Shown: piece after piece, positions 1 to 11,520 of the stretch
Layout: the number at the start of each line of letters is the position of its first letter
Numbering within the stretch: the stretch's first letter is position 1
Assembly (NCBI GenBank): GCA_029263795.1
Contig: JAJUFI010000002.1
Coordinates: 454 to 64,453 of the forward strand
Source: Alcaligenaceae bacterium
Lineage (GTDB): Bacteria > Pseudomonadota > Gammaproteobacteria > Burkholderiales > Burkholderiaceae_B
Reading direction: 5' to 3'
DNA length: 64,000 bases
Notes under the pieces: generated by a model
Told to the model about the DNA's origin: nothing
The model's database searches: none
The model's input: the letters and a program-made list of their open reading frames with translations, nothing else
Program-made: the position numbers and the translations under genes

Positions 1-1271
1 CGGCCAGATACGGCACACCGGAAGAATTCGCTGCGTTTGTGGATGCCTGCCATGCTGAGGGAATCGGCGTCATCCTGGACTGGGTGCCGGCCCATTTCCC
101 CACTGATACGCATGGACTGGCCCGTTTCGACGGCACAGCTTTATACGAGCACGAAGACCCGAGACAGGGCTTTCACCCGGACTGGAACACGCTCATCTAC
201 AACTATGGCCGGCATGAGGTGCGCAATCTGCTGCTGGCCAGTGCGCTGGAGTGGACGCGGCGTTATCACGTTGACGGCCTGCGCGTGGATGCGGTTGCTT
301 CCATGCTCTACCTGGATTACAGCCGCGCAGCAGGACAATGGCAGCCCAATGTCCATGGTGGCAGGGAGAACCTCGAAGCCGTGGCCTTCATCAGGGATCT
401 CAATGCCTTGCTGCAGGACCAGGTGCCGGGCGTGATGGTCATCGCCGAGGAATCAACCGCGTGGCCTGGTGTGACGGCCCCCGTGCACACGGGCGGCCTT
501 GGTTTTCAATACAAGTGGAACATGGGATGGATGCATGACACGCTCCACTACATGGGCCATGACCCCATCCACCGGCGCCATCACCATCACGAAATGAGCT
601 TCGGTCTGGTTTACGCCTGGTCGGAACATTTCATCCTGCCGCTATCTCATGATGAAGTCGTGCATGGCAAGGGCTCGCTGCTTTCACGCATGCCGGGTGA
701 TGAATGGCGCCAGTTCGCCAATCTGCGGGCCTATTTGGGATTCATGTGGGGGCATCCCGGCAGAAAGCTCCTGTTCATGGGGGGCGAGCTTGCGCAACGC
801 ACCGAATGGAATCACGACGCTGAGCTCGACTGGGGGGCCTTGCAAGATGCACGGCATTCGGGGGTGCAGTCCTTGGTCCGCGACCTGAACGCCCTGTATC
901 GCAGCCTGGCTCCGCTTCACGCAGGCGATTCCAGCCCCGAAAGCTTCGCCTGGCTGGTGGGGGACGACGTCGAGAACAGCGTGTTCGCATTTCTGCGCCA
1001 GCACGGTGAGGAATATGTGCTGGTGGTGTGCAACATGACGCCCGTACCGCGTCATGACTATCGCATAGGTGTCCCGTACGGTGGTTGGTGGCGCGAAATT
1101 CTGAATACGGATGCAAGTGAATATGGCGGTTCGGGCGTGGGCAATGGCGGTCGGGTGCGGGCTCGGGTCACTCCTTCGCATGGCCGGGAAGCAAGCCTGG
1201 AGCTAGTGCTGCCGCCCCTGTCCACACTGATGCTGGTGCCGGATGACAAAACGCGAGGAGAAGAACGATGA
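1..1271 (+). CDS. glgB: 1,4-alpha-glucan branching enzyme, C-terminal ~420 aa (5' end outside window)
   Basis: Frame 3 open from window edge ([32 protein letters not shown]...); GH13 branching-enzyme motifs [36 protein letters not shown]; stop overlaps next start (ATGA 1268-1271). Confidence 0.9.
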   Translation, partial: ARYGTPEEFAAFVDACHAEGIGVILDWVPAHFPTDTHGLARFDGTALYEHEDPRQGFHPDWNTLIYNYGRHEVRNLLLASALEWTRRYHVDGLRVDAVASMLYLDYSRAAGQWQPNVHGGRENLEAVAFIRDLNALLQDQVPGVMVIAEESTAWPGVTAPVHTGGLGFQYKWNMGWMHDTLHYMGHDPIHRRHHHHEMSFGLVYAWSEHFILPLSHDEVVHGKGSLLSRMPGDEWRQFANLRAYLGFMWGHPGRKLLFMGGELAQRTEWNHDAELDWGALQDARHSGVQSLVRDLNALYRSLAPLHAGDSSPESFAWLVGDDVENSVFAFLRQHGEEYVLVVCNMTPVPRHDYRIGVPYGGWWREILNTDASEYGGSGVGNGGRVRARVTPSHGREASLELVLPPLSTLMLVPDDKTRGEER

Positions 1272-3385
1272 GTACCGCCAGTCAGACAAGATACCGGCTT
1301 GAAGCGGGGAAACCCTGGCCTCTGGGCGCCCATTTCGATGGTTCGGGAGTGAACTTCGCCGTCTTCTCCGGTCATGCCTGGAAGGTGGAGCTCTGCCTGT
1401 TCGACGCGCAAGGTCGCCGGGAAGTGCAGCGCCTGCCACTGCCGGAATGCACCGACGAGATCTGGCACGGTTATTTGCCGAATGCGCAGCCAGGCCTGAT
1501 CTACGGCTACCGCGCACACGGGCCTTACGAGCCAGCCAGGGGGCACCGCTTCAACCCGCAGAAGCTGCTGATAGACCCGTATGCGCGGCAGTTGCTGGGG
1601 TCGGTGCAGTGGAATGACGCCGTGTTCGGCTATCGCGTCAGGCATTCCAAATCAGATCTTTCCATGGACAGGCGGGACTCCGCCGCCTTCGTGCCCAAGT
1701 GTGTGGTCACCGGAGAATTGTTCGACTGGGGCCAGCGCGGCAGGCCATGTACGCCATGGTCGGAAACCATCATCTATGAGGCTCACATCAAGGGTCTGTC
1801 GATGATGCGCGAAGATCTGCCTGAACGCGTTCGCGGCACCTGCGCGGCACTGAGCGACCCCCGCTTTCTGGAGCATCTGCACAAAATTGGAGTGACCACG
1901 GTTGAATTGCTGCCGGTGCATGCCTTCCTGCAGGATCACTTTCTGGTTGAGCGCGGCCTGCGGAACTATTGGGGCTACAACACCCTGGCCTACTTCGCAC
2001 CGGAGAACGCCTACCTGCCGGGCGGACACCCGAACGACCTGAGACGCGCCATTGCCGACCTGCATGCCAATGGCTTCGAGGTGATTCTCGATGTGGTCTA
2101 CAACCACACGGCCGAGGGCAATGAACTTGGGCCGACGCTTTCTTGGCGCGGGCTGGACAATGCCAGCTATTATCGCCTGATGCCTGGTGAGGAACGCTAC
2201 TACATCAACGATACTGGCTGCGGGAACACGGTCAACCTGTCGCATCCGCGGGTGCTTCAGATGGTGATGGATTCGCTGCGGTACTGGGCGGAAAGCTATA
2301 ACGTCGATGGCTTTCGCTTCGATCTTGGCGTGACCCTGGGCAGGGAAGGAACCGGGTATGACCCAGGTTCTGGCTTTTTTGACGCCATGCTGCAGGACCC
2401 GGTGCTCTCGCGATTGAAGCTGATCTCCGAGCCTTGGGACATCGGGCCAGATGGATATCAGCTGGGGAATCATCCGCCCAGCTTCGCAGAGTGGAATGAC
2501 CGCTTTCGCGATTCCGTTCGTCGCTTCTGGCGAGGGGAGCCCGGCATGCGGCCGGAACTTTCCGCAAGAATGGCGGGTTCTGCCGACCTGTTCGACCGCC
2601 GCTTCCGCCGGCCCTGGGCATCGGTCAATTTTCTGGCCTCTCATGACGGTTTTACCGCCTACGACCTGGTTTGCTACGAGAACAAGCACAACGAGGCCAA
2701 TGGCGATGATAACGGTGACGGCCATTCCGAGAATTTCTCGCGCAATTGGGGAACGGAAGGCCCCAGCAGGGATCGCCACATAAATGCCGTGCGAGAAAGG
2801 GTGTTGCGTTCCATGCTGGCCACCGTCTTCCTGTCCAACGGCACCCCCATGCTGCTGGCGGGAGATGAACTGGGCAATTCCCAGCGGGGGAACAACAACG
2901 CCTACTGCCAGGACAACGAGATCTCATGGCTGGACTGGCGACAGCTGGAAATGCCCAGCGGGCGTGACCTGGCACAGTTCGTCAGCCGTCTGGCACAGCT
3001 TCGCAAACTACACCCTTCCCTGCGCATGGCGCGCTATCAGGACGCCAACGAGGAACTGCTGCCCGGGGTCAGGCGCATGCAGTGGTACGACCTGGATGGC
3101 TCGCTAATGAGCGAGGCGGCCTGGGAGTTTGGCGAGGGCAGGGTGTTGGGTCTGCAGCGCGCCTGCCGGCTCGAGGACGAGCGGGTCGAAATCAGTTTGT
3201 TGCTGGTCAACGGTAGCGAAGGAGATGTGGCGTTTCAACTGCCTGAACTGCCTGGAACCTGGCAGCGAGTGCTGGACACATCGGGCCAGAGGGCCGCGGA
3301 CGTACAGGTCCAGGCGCCGGAAACTACGGTTTGCGCGCATGCCCTGGTTCTGCTTCTGACTGTGGTCGAGCGGGCGGAGGAATGA
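1268..3385 (+). CDS. glgX: glycogen debranching enzyme (isoamylase-type GH13)
   Basis: 705 aa; motifs [37 protein letters not shown] typical of GlgX/TreX. Confidence 0.9.
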   Translation: MSTASQTRYRLEAGKPWPLGAHFDGSGVNFAVFSGHAWKVELCLFDAQGRREVQRLPLPECTDEIWHGYLPNAQPGLIYGYRAHGPYEPARGHRFNPQKLLIDPYARQLLGSVQWNDAVFGYRVRHSKSDLSMDRRDSAAFVPKCVVTGELFDWGQRGRPCTPWSETIIYEAHIKGLSMMREDLPERVRGTCAALSDPRFLEHLHKIGVTTVELLPVHAFLQDHFLVERGLRNYWGYNTLAYFAPENAYLPGGHPNDLRRAIADLHANGFEVILDVVYNHTAEGNELGPTLSWRGLDNASYYRLMPGEERYYINDTGCGNTVNLSHPRVLQMVMDSLRYWAESYNVDGFRFDLGVTLGREGTGYDPGSGFFDAMLQDPVLSRLKLISEPWDIGPDGYQLGNHPPSFAEWNDRFRDSVRRFWRGEPGMRPELSARMAGSADLFDRRFRRPWASVNFLASHDGFTAYDLVCYENKHNEANGDDNGDGHSENFSRNWGTEGPSRDRHINAVRERVLRSMLATVFLSNGTPMLLAGDELGNSQRGNNNAYCQDNEISWLDWRQLEMPSGRDLAQFVSRLAQLRKLHPSLRMARYQDANEELLPGVRRMQWYDLDGSLMSEAAWEFGEGRVLGLQRACRLEDERVEISLLLVNGSEGDVAFQLPELPGTWQRVLDTSGQRAADVQVQAPETTVCAHALVLLLTVVERAEE

Positions 3386-3386
3386 C

Positions 3387-5180
3387 ATGAGCAAGGCCAG
3401 AGAGTATGCCCATGGGGCGCTTTGCGGCGCGGATGGCACGGTGCATTTCCGGCTGTGGGCGCCGGGCGTGGAGTCCGTGCTGCTGCATCTGGGGGATCAG
3501 GCCGTCGCCATGTCCCGGCTTGAAGACGGCTGGTTCGAAGCCCACGAAATCTGCCCGCCGGGAACGACATACTGCTTCGAGCCGGCCGGCCTGGGGCGGC
3601 GGGTGGCCGACCCGGCATCACGTCTGCAGGCGGTCGATGTGGACGGCCCCAGCGTCGTGGTGGACCCGGGCCGCTGGAAATGGGAACACGATGACTGGCA
3701 GGGCAGATCCTGGTGTGATGCCGTGCTTTACGAAGCTCACCCCGGCCTGCTGGGAGGGTTTGCGGGGCTGCGACAGCGCCTGCCCGCACTCGCCGAGCTC
3801 GGGGTGACGGCGCTGGAACTCATGCCTGTGGCGGATTTCCCCGGCCCGCGAAATTGGGGCTATGACGGGGTACTGCCGTATGCGCCCGACCGTGCTTACG
3901 GTACGCCCGAGGACCTGAAGGAATTGATTGATGCGGCGCACGGCCTGGGCATGATGGTGTTGCTGGACGTCGTCTACAACCACTTTGGGCCGGTGGGCAA
4001 TTATCTGCCGGCCTATGCGCCCCAGTTCTTCCGTAATGATGTCGCCACACCTTGGGGGGCAGCCATTGATTTTCGTCGACCTGAGGTGCGTTCTTTTTTC
4101 ACGGACAATGCCCTGTACTGGCTGAAGGAATTCCGCTTCGACGGCCTGCGGCTGGACGCTGTGCATGCCATCGTGGAAAAAGAAGACTGGTTGCAGGAAT
4201 TCGCCCAGCAGCTGCGCGAACGCATACCGGCAGAACGCGTTTTCCACCTGGTGCTGGAAAATGACGACAATACCGCATCATTGCTGCGGCACGGGTTTGA
4301 CGCACAGTGGAATGACGATGCACACCACGTGGTGCATTGCCTGCTGACTGGCGAACGCCATGGGTATTACTGCGCTTATGCACAGAACGCCACGGAAAAA
4401 CTGGCGCGGGCCCTGGCGCAGGGCTTCATATATCAGGGTGAGGCCAGCCCGGCACATGGAGGAAAACCGCGAGGCGAACCGTCCTACATGCTGCATCCAA
4501 CCGCTTTCGTGTTCTTCCTGCAAAATCACGACCAGGTCGGCAATCGCGCCCAAGGAGAAAGGCTGGCGAGCCTATGCAAGGACACGCCCGACGCCTTGTG
4601 CGCGGCCATTGCACTGCAGCTGCTCAGCCCTTTCATACCACTGATATTCATGGGCGAGGAAGCGGGCGTACAGACCCCCTTTCTTTACTTCACCAGCTTT
4701 GAAGACCCCGAGTTTGCGGCCAAGGTGAAAGAAGGCAGGCGGGCGGAGTTCGCTGATTTTCACAGGGAAACCGGGCTTGAAGTGCCCGACCCCAATGCTG
4801 AGGAAACCTGGGCCAGAAGCCTTCTTCCACCTTATGACAGTGCCAGTGCAGCGCGCTGGCTCGCACTTTACAAAGAGTTGCTGGCACTGCGCCGCCGCCA
4901 TGTGGTGCCGGGCCTGCGGGAGGCGGTTTGCGAATCTGTGGATGTGCTGGGAGAGGGGTGCCTGGTTGCCCGCTGGGAGCTGGGTAACGGATGCCGGCTT
5001 TCCCTCTATACCAACCTTTCCGCGGAAGACCGCCCGGCTCTGGCTGTGTTCGGCGCTCAGGAAACCGTCTTTCACGAGAGTCGCAAATGGATCGAAGAAG
5101 CGTTGCGCGATGGAGTCATGCCCGCGTGGTCGACGGTGGCCAGCCTCGCCCCCCTTGATGCAGGGGAAGCCGAGCCATGA
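3387..5180 (+). CDS. treZ: malto-oligosyltrehalose trehalohydrolase
   Basis: 597 aa; GH13 motifs VLLDVVYNHFGP, DGLRLDAVHAI, FLQNHDQVGNR; sits in glgX/malQ/treY operon. Confidence 0.85.
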   Translation: MSKAREYAHGALCGADGTVHFRLWAPGVESVLLHLGDQAVAMSRLEDGWFEAHEICPPGTTYCFEPAGLGRRVADPASRLQAVDVDGPSVVVDPGRWKWEHDDWQGRSWCDAVLYEAHPGLLGGFAGLRQRLPALAELGVTALELMPVADFPGPRNWGYDGVLPYAPDRAYGTPEDLKELIDAAHGLGMMVLLDVVYNHFGPVGNYLPAYAPQFFRNDVATPWGAAIDFRRPEVRSFFTDNALYWLKEFRFDGLRLDAVHAIVEKEDWLQEFAQQLRERIPAERVFHLVLENDDNTASLLRHGFDAQWNDDAHHVVHCLLTGERHGYYCAYAQNATEKLARALAQGFIYQGEASPAHGGKPRGEPSYMLHPTAFVFFLQNHDQVGNRAQGERLASLCKDTPDALCAAIALQLLSPFIPLIFMGEEAGVQTPFLYFTSFEDPEFAAKVKEGRRAEFADFHRETGLEVPDPNAEETWARSLLPPYDSASAARWLALYKELLALRRRHVVPGLREAVCESVDVLGEGCLVARWELGNGCRLSLYTNLSAEDRPALAVFGAQETVFHESRKWIEEALRDGVMPAWSTVASLAPLDAGEAEP

Positions 5181-7363
5181 TTCACAAAGCGGACAAACTG
5201 CTGTGGCGTGTGGCCGAGGCCGCCGGGTTGATGCCGGTCTGGGTGGACGCGCACGGCCGGGAGCGGGGGGTGGCACCAGACACGCTGCGCGCCGTCCTGG
5301 AAACTTTGGGTTTTCCCTGCCGGAGCGATGCTCAGTGCATGGAAAGCCTGGAGCGTTTGCAGCAGGCCGGTGAGGCAACTGCAGACGCAGGGCTCCTCAT
5401 CGTGCAGGTGGGTCGACCCTTCATCTTGCGGCGTGAGGTTTCGCTGCATTATCAAATTCAGATGGAAGACGGTACACGCATCATGGGGACTGCCCGTGAC
5501 CTGGGTAGCGGGCGGGTAGGGTTGCCCCCGGTCAACAAGCCTGGGTATCACCGCTTCAGCATGGGGCGCATCGAGTGTACGGTGGCAGCCGTTCCCGAGC
5601 AGGCACCGGCAGTGGGGCAACTGCTTCGACGCATGCCGGCCGGGCAAGCACCGTCTCGATCTGACATGCAAGCCAAGGGCTGGGTGCTCGGCACCCAGGT
5701 GTATGGTTTGCAGCGTACCGGCACGGTCATGCAGCAAGCTGGTTCCAGAGTGCCGGCCGGCTGGGAAGCAGGCGGGGACTATTCGCTATTGGGGCAGCTG
5801 GCGGCAGCAGCCGGCCGGCACGGAGCGGCGGGTCTGGCGATCAGCCCAGTGCATGCGATGTTCACGGCAGACCCCGATCGTTACAGCCCCTACGCACCTT
5901 CCAGCCGCCTTTTTCTGAATGCCATGTACGCCGACCCTGTGGCGGTGCTGGGCGTTGAGATCACCGGCCTGCTTGAGCAGGGCGGATCGGGCAGCCTGGT
6001 GGATGCAGCCGGTTGCCTGGACTGGCCTGTCATCCATTCCACACGGCTGGCGCAGCTGGAGCGTCTGTACCAAGCCTTCGACACATGGGCCACCCCTGCC
6101 GACCGCGAGGATCTCCACTCATTTGAACAGAAGGGCGGTGATGCATTGGGTGACCATGCCCGTTATGAGGCGCTGCATGCGCACTTTGCCCTGACTCTGG
6201 GGGCGGGGCATGGCTGGCAGGATTGGCCGGCAGAGTTTCAGGATCCCGCCTCGCTGGCCGTGCGTCATTTTGCGGAAAGCCATGAATCCTCCGTGCGCTT
6301 TCACATCTTCCTGCAATGGCTCGCTGCGCGTAGCATGGCCCTGGCTCAGGCTGAAGCCAGAAAGCACATGTCCATCGGCCTCATCGCCGACATGGCGGTG
6401 GGTACTGACCCCCGTGGCAGTCATGCCTGGAGCCGCCAGCGGCAGTTGATGACTGGCGTCTCCGTAGGTGCGCCTCCGGACATTTTCCAGCCCGCCGGAC
6501 AAAACTGGGGGTTGACAGCTTTTTCACCCTGGGCCTTGCGCCGGCATGGCCATGCTGGTTTCCTGGAAACCGTGCGGGCCGTGCTTGCCCATGCCGGCGG
6601 AATGCGGGTGGACCACGTCATCGGCCTGGGGCGGCTGTGGCTGGTGCCGCAGGGCGCTGACGCCGCGCACGGCGTATATCTGAGCTATCCACAGGACGAG
6701 TTGATGGATTTGCTGGCGCTGGAAGCTTGGCGTCACCAGGCGCTGGTGGTGGGAGAGAACCTTGGCACCGTGCCGCAAGGGTTCAACGCCGACATGGAGC
6801 GGCGTGGTTTCCTGGGCATGAGCGTATTGTGGTTCGAGCGGGAGGACGCTGAGCCCAAGCCGTTTCGCCAGGCCGGGCAATGGCTCGCTTGCAGCATGGC
6901 AATGGCCGGCACCCATGATCTGCCCACCATACGCGGTTGGTGGGCAGGTCGGGACATTGCGTGGCGGCTGCGTCATGGTGAGTACAGCGAGGAGCAGGCT
7001 GAAGCGCAGCGCAGCCAGCGGGAACTGGACAAGGCGGCCTTGTGGAGCGCCCTGCAGGAAGGTGGACATGCGGCTGGCGGACAGGACGTACCCGTTGAGG
7101 CTCCGGTAACTGAAATCGTTGGGTTTCTGGCCGCAACGCCCGCCGTGCTGCTGAACCTGAGTCTGGAGGATCTGACGGGCCAGGAGGAACAGGTGAATTT
7201 GCCGGGCACGGTGCCAGCCGATATGACATCAGCCCACCCAAACTGGCGCCGGACTCTGGCCAGCGCCCTGGAGGACATCTTTCAGGAAAGCGGTGCGCAG
7301 GAAATTCTGAGCGCATTGCGCACAGCCGGGCGCTGCCTGCCAGACCAAGGAAGCGGAACATGA
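5177..7363 (+). CDS. malQ: 4-alpha-glucanotransferase (amylomaltase, GH77)
   Basis: 728 aa; GH77 motifs GMRVDHVIGLGRLWLVP, VVGENLGTVP, AGTHDLPT; ATGA overlaps at both ends. Confidence 0.85.
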   Translation: MIHKADKLLWRVAEAAGLMPVWVDAHGRERGVAPDTLRAVLETLGFPCRSDAQCMESLERLQQAGEATADAGLLIVQVGRPFILRREVSLHYQIQMEDGTRIMGTARDLGSGRVGLPPVNKPGYHRFSMGRIECTVAAVPEQAPAVGQLLRRMPAGQAPSRSDMQAKGWVLGTQVYGLQRTGTVMQQAGSRVPAGWEAGGDYSLLGQLAAAAGRHGAAGLAISPVHAMFTADPDRYSPYAPSSRLFLNAMYADPVAVLGVEITGLLEQGGSGSLVDAAGCLDWPVIHSTRLAQLERLYQAFDTWATPADREDLHSFEQKGGDALGDHARYEALHAHFALTLGAGHGWQDWPAEFQDPASLAVRHFAESHESSVRFHIFLQWLAARSMALAQAEARKHMSIGLIADMAVGTDPRGSHAWSRQRQLMTGVSVGAPPDIFQPAGQNWGLTAFSPWALRRHGHAGFLETVRAVLAHAGGMRVDHVIGLGRLWLVPQGADAAHGVYLSYPQDELMDLLALEAWRHQALVVGENLGTVPQGFNADMERRGFLGMSVLWFEREDAEPKPFRQAGQWLACSMAMAGTHDLPTIRGWWAGRDIAWRLRHGEYSEEQAEAQRSQRELDKAALWSALQEGGHAAGGQDVPVEAPVTEIVGFLAATPAVLLNLSLEDLTGQEEQVNLPGTVPADMTSAHPNWRRTLASALEDIFQESGAQEILSALRTAGRCLPDQGSGT

Positions 7364-10044
7364 GCATCCAGACACCATCGGCTCAGCAGGCACACGCCAC
7401 GTTGCGCCTGCAGTTGCATGCGTCCTACACCATGGATGACGCCTGCCGCGATCTCCCTTATTTCGCCCGCCTGGGCGTCACTCATCTGTATCTGTCACCC
7501 ATCAGCCGTTCGCGTGAGGGGTCCATGCATGGCTACGATGTGGTGGATCACACGCAAGTGGATGAAGCGCGCGGGGGAGAACCCGCCCTCCGGCGTCTGG
7601 CGTCTGCGGCCAGGCAGCATGGCCTGGGCTTGCTTCTGGACATCGTGCCCAACCACATGGCCACCGACCCCGGCAACGCCTGGTGGTGGGACGTGCTCAC
7701 CCATGGTAAGAACAGCCGCTTTGCTAACTGGTTTGACATTGACTGGGAGGCGCAAGGCACCGGTGGAAAGATACTGGCCCCATTTCTGGGCAAACCCACG
7801 GAGCAGGCACTGCAAGAGGGGGACATCCGTTTGCGGCACGATGAGTTGCGCGGGCTGCATCTGGAAGTACACGGCCAGGCCTGGCCGCTGGCCCCCGAAA
7901 GCATCGCCGGTCTTGGCGTGGAGAAGCTTGAGCATGACAGCTCCGCCCTGCAAACCTGCCTGGCCGCCCATGATCCGGCCGGCACCGAAGGGCGGGCCCG
8001 ACTGCAGGAATTGTTTGAGCAACAGCATTACCGTCTGGAGTTGTGGCGCGAGGCCGCGCGGTCTATCAATTGGCGCCGTTTCTTCGAAGTCAGCGAGCTG
8101 ATCGGTGTCCGCGTTGAAGAGGACGAAGTCTTCGCCGCTGTGCACGAACTACCGCTGCGCCTTTATGCAGAAGGCCTGATTGACGGCCTGCGCATCGACC
8201 ATGTGGACGGCCTTGCCTTACCGCTTGCCTACTGCCGCAAGCTGCACGGTGCGATGGAGGCGGCTGCATCTCGGCGCCCGGATGGCCAGGCAAGAGCACC
8301 CTGGATTGTGGTGGAGAAGATTCTCGCCCCGGGCGAAACCCTGGACGAACGCTGGATGGTCCGCGGCACCACAGGCTATGACTTTGCCGCAGAGGTGGGT
8401 GGCTTGCTTCACGATGCAAGCGGCGAAGCGCCACTGAGCAGTGCCTGGGCGGAGATCTCTGGGGATGCGCGCCCCGCGAAAGCCTGGCTGTTGGAAGCGC
8501 GCCAGGAAATGCTGGATCGCCACTTCATTGCTGAGCGTCGCGCCTTGCTTGAAGCACTCGGTGCGCTCGCAGCAGATGAGGATGCGAGTGACACAGTGGA
8601 ACCGGCGGTGGACGCGCTGCTGCGCCATTTCCCGACCTACCGGAGTTATGTGGAAGAGGGTGCACGGGCGGCCAACGACCAAGTCTGGTTCGACCGGGCG
8701 CGTGAGGCTGCGGCGGCTGAATTGGTGGCTGCGGGGCAAGGAGCCGCGGTGCAGTGGCTGCAATGGCTGGATGAAACTCTGGGGGGAGTGGGAAAGAACT
8801 CGGGGGCGGCAGGCCGGGCAATCCAGCGATTCCAGCAGCTCACACCGCCGCTGGCGGCCAAGTCACTGGAGGACACCGTGTTCTATCGCTATGGCCGCCT
8901 GCTCTCGCGTAATGAGGTAGGTTCGGACCCTGCCCGTTTCGCTCTGACCACGAGCGAATTTCATCAGTACAACATGCTGCGGGCCACCCGTAGGATGGGC
9001 GGTCTGCTGGCCACGGCCACCCACGACCACAAACGGGGCGAAGACGCCAGGGCGCGCCTGGCCGTTCTATCGGAAATTCCTGACCTCTGGTTGCAGCACT
9101 GCCGGCGCTGGATGCAGGTCGGCGGCGACCAAGCACTACCCAAAGGAGGCAGTGCGCAGGCCTTTCACTACATGCTGTTGCAGACTCTGGTGGCTGCCTG
9201 GCCACCCATGTTGTCGCCCAACGACCGACATGGTGTGGACCGCCTGCTCCAACGTCTGCAAGCCTGGGCAGTGAAAGCAATGCGGGAAGGCAAGCTGCTG
9301 TCAAACTGGTTCGAGCCCCAGGAGCAGCACGAGGCGCCATGGCAGCATTGGCTGCAGCAGCTGGCGCCAGGTCGTGAGCAGCATTGGGTGTTGCGGGAAC
9401 TTGCGGATTTCGTACTTGAACTGGAACCTGCCGCCGTGTTCAACGGCCTGGTCCAGACCTGCCTGAAGCTGACGTGTCCGGGCGTTCCGGACCTCTACCA
9501 GGGCACGGAGTGGCGTGATTTCTCGCTGGTAGACCCGGACAACCGCCGCCCCGTGGATTACGCAGCGAGGGCTCGCGCATTGAATTTGATCGACCAGGCT
9601 CTTCTGGATGGCGAGCATGTCATTGCACCGCTGGCCGTCGGCGCCTGGCCGGCGCAGGCCTGGGTCGATGGCAGGGTGAAACAGGCGCTGGTGGCGACCT
9701 TGCTTGCACTGCGCAAGAGCCGGCCGGCTGCCTTCTGCGGCGATTATCAGCCTCTGGAAACGGAGGATGAATGGACGCAGCATCTGCTGGCCTATGCGCG
9801 TGGGGGAGAAGTGGTGGTGGTGTCAGCCGTAAAATGTGCGTCGGCCGTGCGGCAGGGCGCCGACGGTGCGCCCTTCGTGCCGGCTGGTACCTGGCGCGCC
9901 GGCGGAATCGCTCTCCCGGGCGGCAACGCAAACTGGGTGGATGTATTGCGCCGCCGGCCCGTGCAGATGGTGGATGGCAGGGCGCCCTTGCGCACGTTGC
10001 TGGACGGCCTGCCGATTGCCGTATTGCTGCGTACTCAGGGGTAA
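7360..10044 (+). CDS. treY: malto-oligosyltrehalose synthase
   Basis: 894 aa; motifs [46 protein letters not shown]. Confidence 0.85.
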   Translation: MSIQTPSAQQAHATLRLQLHASYTMDDACRDLPYFARLGVTHLYLSPISRSREGSMHGYDVVDHTQVDEARGGEPALRRLASAARQHGLGLLLDIVPNHMATDPGNAWWWDVLTHGKNSRFANWFDIDWEAQGTGGKILAPFLGKPTEQALQEGDIRLRHDELRGLHLEVHGQAWPLAPESIAGLGVEKLEHDSSALQTCLAAHDPAGTEGRARLQELFEQQHYRLELWREAARSINWRRFFEVSELIGVRVEEDEVFAAVHELPLRLYAEGLIDGLRIDHVDGLALPLAYCRKLHGAMEAAASRRPDGQARAPWIVVEKILAPGETLDERWMVRGTTGYDFAAEVGGLLHDASGEAPLSSAWAEISGDARPAKAWLLEARQEMLDRHFIAERRALLEALGALAADEDASDTVEPAVDALLRHFPTYRSYVEEGARAANDQVWFDRAREAAAAELVAAGQGAAVQWLQWLDETLGGVGKNSGAAGRAIQRFQQLTPPLAAKSLEDTVFYRYGRLLSRNEVGSDPARFALTTSEFHQYNMLRATRRMGGLLATATHDHKRGEDARARLAVLSEIPDLWLQHCRRWMQVGGDQALPKGGSAQAFHYMLLQTLVAAWPPMLSPNDRHGVDRLLQRLQAWAVKAMREGKLLSNWFEPQEQHEAPWQHWLQQLAPGREQHWVLRELADFVLELEPAAVFNGLVQTCLKLTCPGVPDLYQGTEWRDFSLVDPDNRRPVDYAARARALNLIDQALLDGEHVIAPLAVGAWPAQAWVDGRVKQALVATLLALRKSRPAAFCGDYQPLETEDEWTQHLLAYARGGEVVVVSAVKCASAVRQGADGAPFVPAGTWRAGGIALPGGNANWVDVLRRRPVQMVDGRAPLRTLLDGLPIAVLLRTQG

Positions 10045-11327
10045 AGGCCGCGTACCTCGCGAGCTTCGAGAATGCGCGAGCAAGCTGCGATGAAGGCCGC
10101 CGTGCGCAGCGAGACCTTGTGTTGGGCAGCCACCCCGGCCACCGAGCTGTAAGCACGGCGCATCATGCGTTCCAGCCGTTCATTGATTTCATCTTCAGTC
10201 CAGAAGAAGCTGGAGAAGTCCTGCACCCATTCGAAGTAACTGACAGTGACGCCGCCGGCGTTTGCCAGAACGTCGGGAACAATTAGCGTACCCTTGTTCG
10301 TGAGGATGTCGTCCGCTTCGGGAGTGGTGGGGCCATTCGCCCCTTCGACGATGATTCTGGCGCGGATTTTGTCGGCATTGCCTTCGTGGATCTGGCCTTC
10401 GAGCGCGGCAGGAATCAGGATGTCGGTGTCGAGGGCCCAGAATTCGTCAGCGGTGAGCGGCTCAGTGCCCGGAGCACCAGCCACGCCGCCGGTCTCCTCA
10501 GCGTGACGCAGCAGGCCGATGACGTCCAGACCGTTGGAATTGTGAACGGTACCGGTGTGGTCCTGCACCGCGATAACCTTGGCGCCGGCGTCGGAGAACA
10601 GGCGGGCGGCTGTGCCACCGACGTTGCCGAAGCCCTGTACGCAGACCCGTGCGCCCTGTATCGACAGACCGTGGTCATGCGCCGCTGCGCTGCCCACCAC
10701 AAACACGCCCCGGCCAGTTGCTTCCACACGGCCCAGGCTGCCGCCCAGGGAAATGGGCTTGCCGGTGACGACGCCGGTGATCGTGCTGCCGTGGTTCATG
10801 GAATAGGTGTCCATCATCCAGGCCATGGTCTGCGCGTTGGTGTTGACGTCGGGGGCGGGAATATCTTTATGGGGCCCGATGATCACGCCGATCTCGCTGG
10901 TATAGCGTCGCGTGATGCGCTCGAGTTCCGCGCGCGAATAATTGCGCGGGTCAATGCGGATGCCGCCCTTGGCACCGCCGAAAGGAAGGTCCACCGCGGC
11001 GGCCTTGACCGACATCCAGGCAGCCAGAGCCATAACTTCGGAAAGGGTCACATCCTGGTGATAGCGGACGCCGCCCTTGCCCGGGCCACGCGACACATTG
11101 TGCTGTACACGATAACCCTCGAAGTGGGCAACCGTGCCGTCATCGAGTTCGACGGGAATGTCCACGATCAGCACACGCTTGGGCCGTTTCAGCGTTTCCA
11201 CCCATTTGCTCAGCCGGCCCAGGTAAGGGGTGACCCGGTCGACCTGCTCAAGGTATATGCCCCAGGGGCCCACATGCCCAGGGTCGAGGTAAGAAGGGAG
11301 TGTGTGCGTGGTATTGAGTTCTGACAT
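10035..11327 (-). CDS. gdhA: glutamate dehydrogenase (Glu/Leu/Phe/Val dehydrogenase family)
   Basis: ORF 10035-11387; chosen start [17 protein letters not shown]... (ATG 11327) because the upstream start is TTG and spans a leader hairpin; motifs [20 protein letters not shown]. Confidence 0.85.
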   Translation of the reverse strand: MSELNTTHTLPSYLDPGHVGPWGIYLEQVDRVTPYLGRLSKWVETLKRPKRVLIVDIPVELDDGTVAHFEGYRVQHNVSRGPGKGGVRYHQDVTLSEVMALAAWMSVKAAAVDLPFGGAKGGIRIDPRNYSRAELERITRRYTSEIGVIIGPHKDIPAPDVNTNAQTMAWMMDTYSMNHGSTITGVVTGKPISLGGSLGRVEATGRGVFVVGSAAAHDHGLSIQGARVCVQGFGNVGGTAARLFSDAGAKVIAVQDHTGTVHNSNGLDVIGLLRHAEETGGVAGAPGTEPLTADEFWALDTDILIPAALEGQIHEGNADKIRARIIVEGANGPTTPEADDILTNKGTLIVPDVLANAGGVTVSYFEWVQDFSSFFWTEDEINERLERMMRRAYSSVAGVAAQHKVSLRTAAFIAACSRILEAREVRGLYP

Positions 11328-11520
11328 GTCCGGTCTCGCCGATATTCTTGAAGCATGACCCTCCCACCATGGGAGGGTTAACCCCAAAAGCTTACTACGT
11401 ACCCTATATACAGGTCACCGAAGGAAATGGGGGACGGACCGTGAATCTGACCAACCTTTGACCAAAACTATGGTTTACCCCAGTATTGCAGTTGCATTTT
11501 TGCAGCCGATACTGAAAGGT

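Noticed and set aside
11494-11509. Sigma-54-like GG-N10-GC element (minus strand CGGCTGCAAAAATGCA) upstream of gdh.
   Set aside because: It has four mismatches to TGGCAC-N5-TTGCA, including core positions. It lies immediately after the stop of the upstream gene, and no enhancer-binding protein or UAS is evident.
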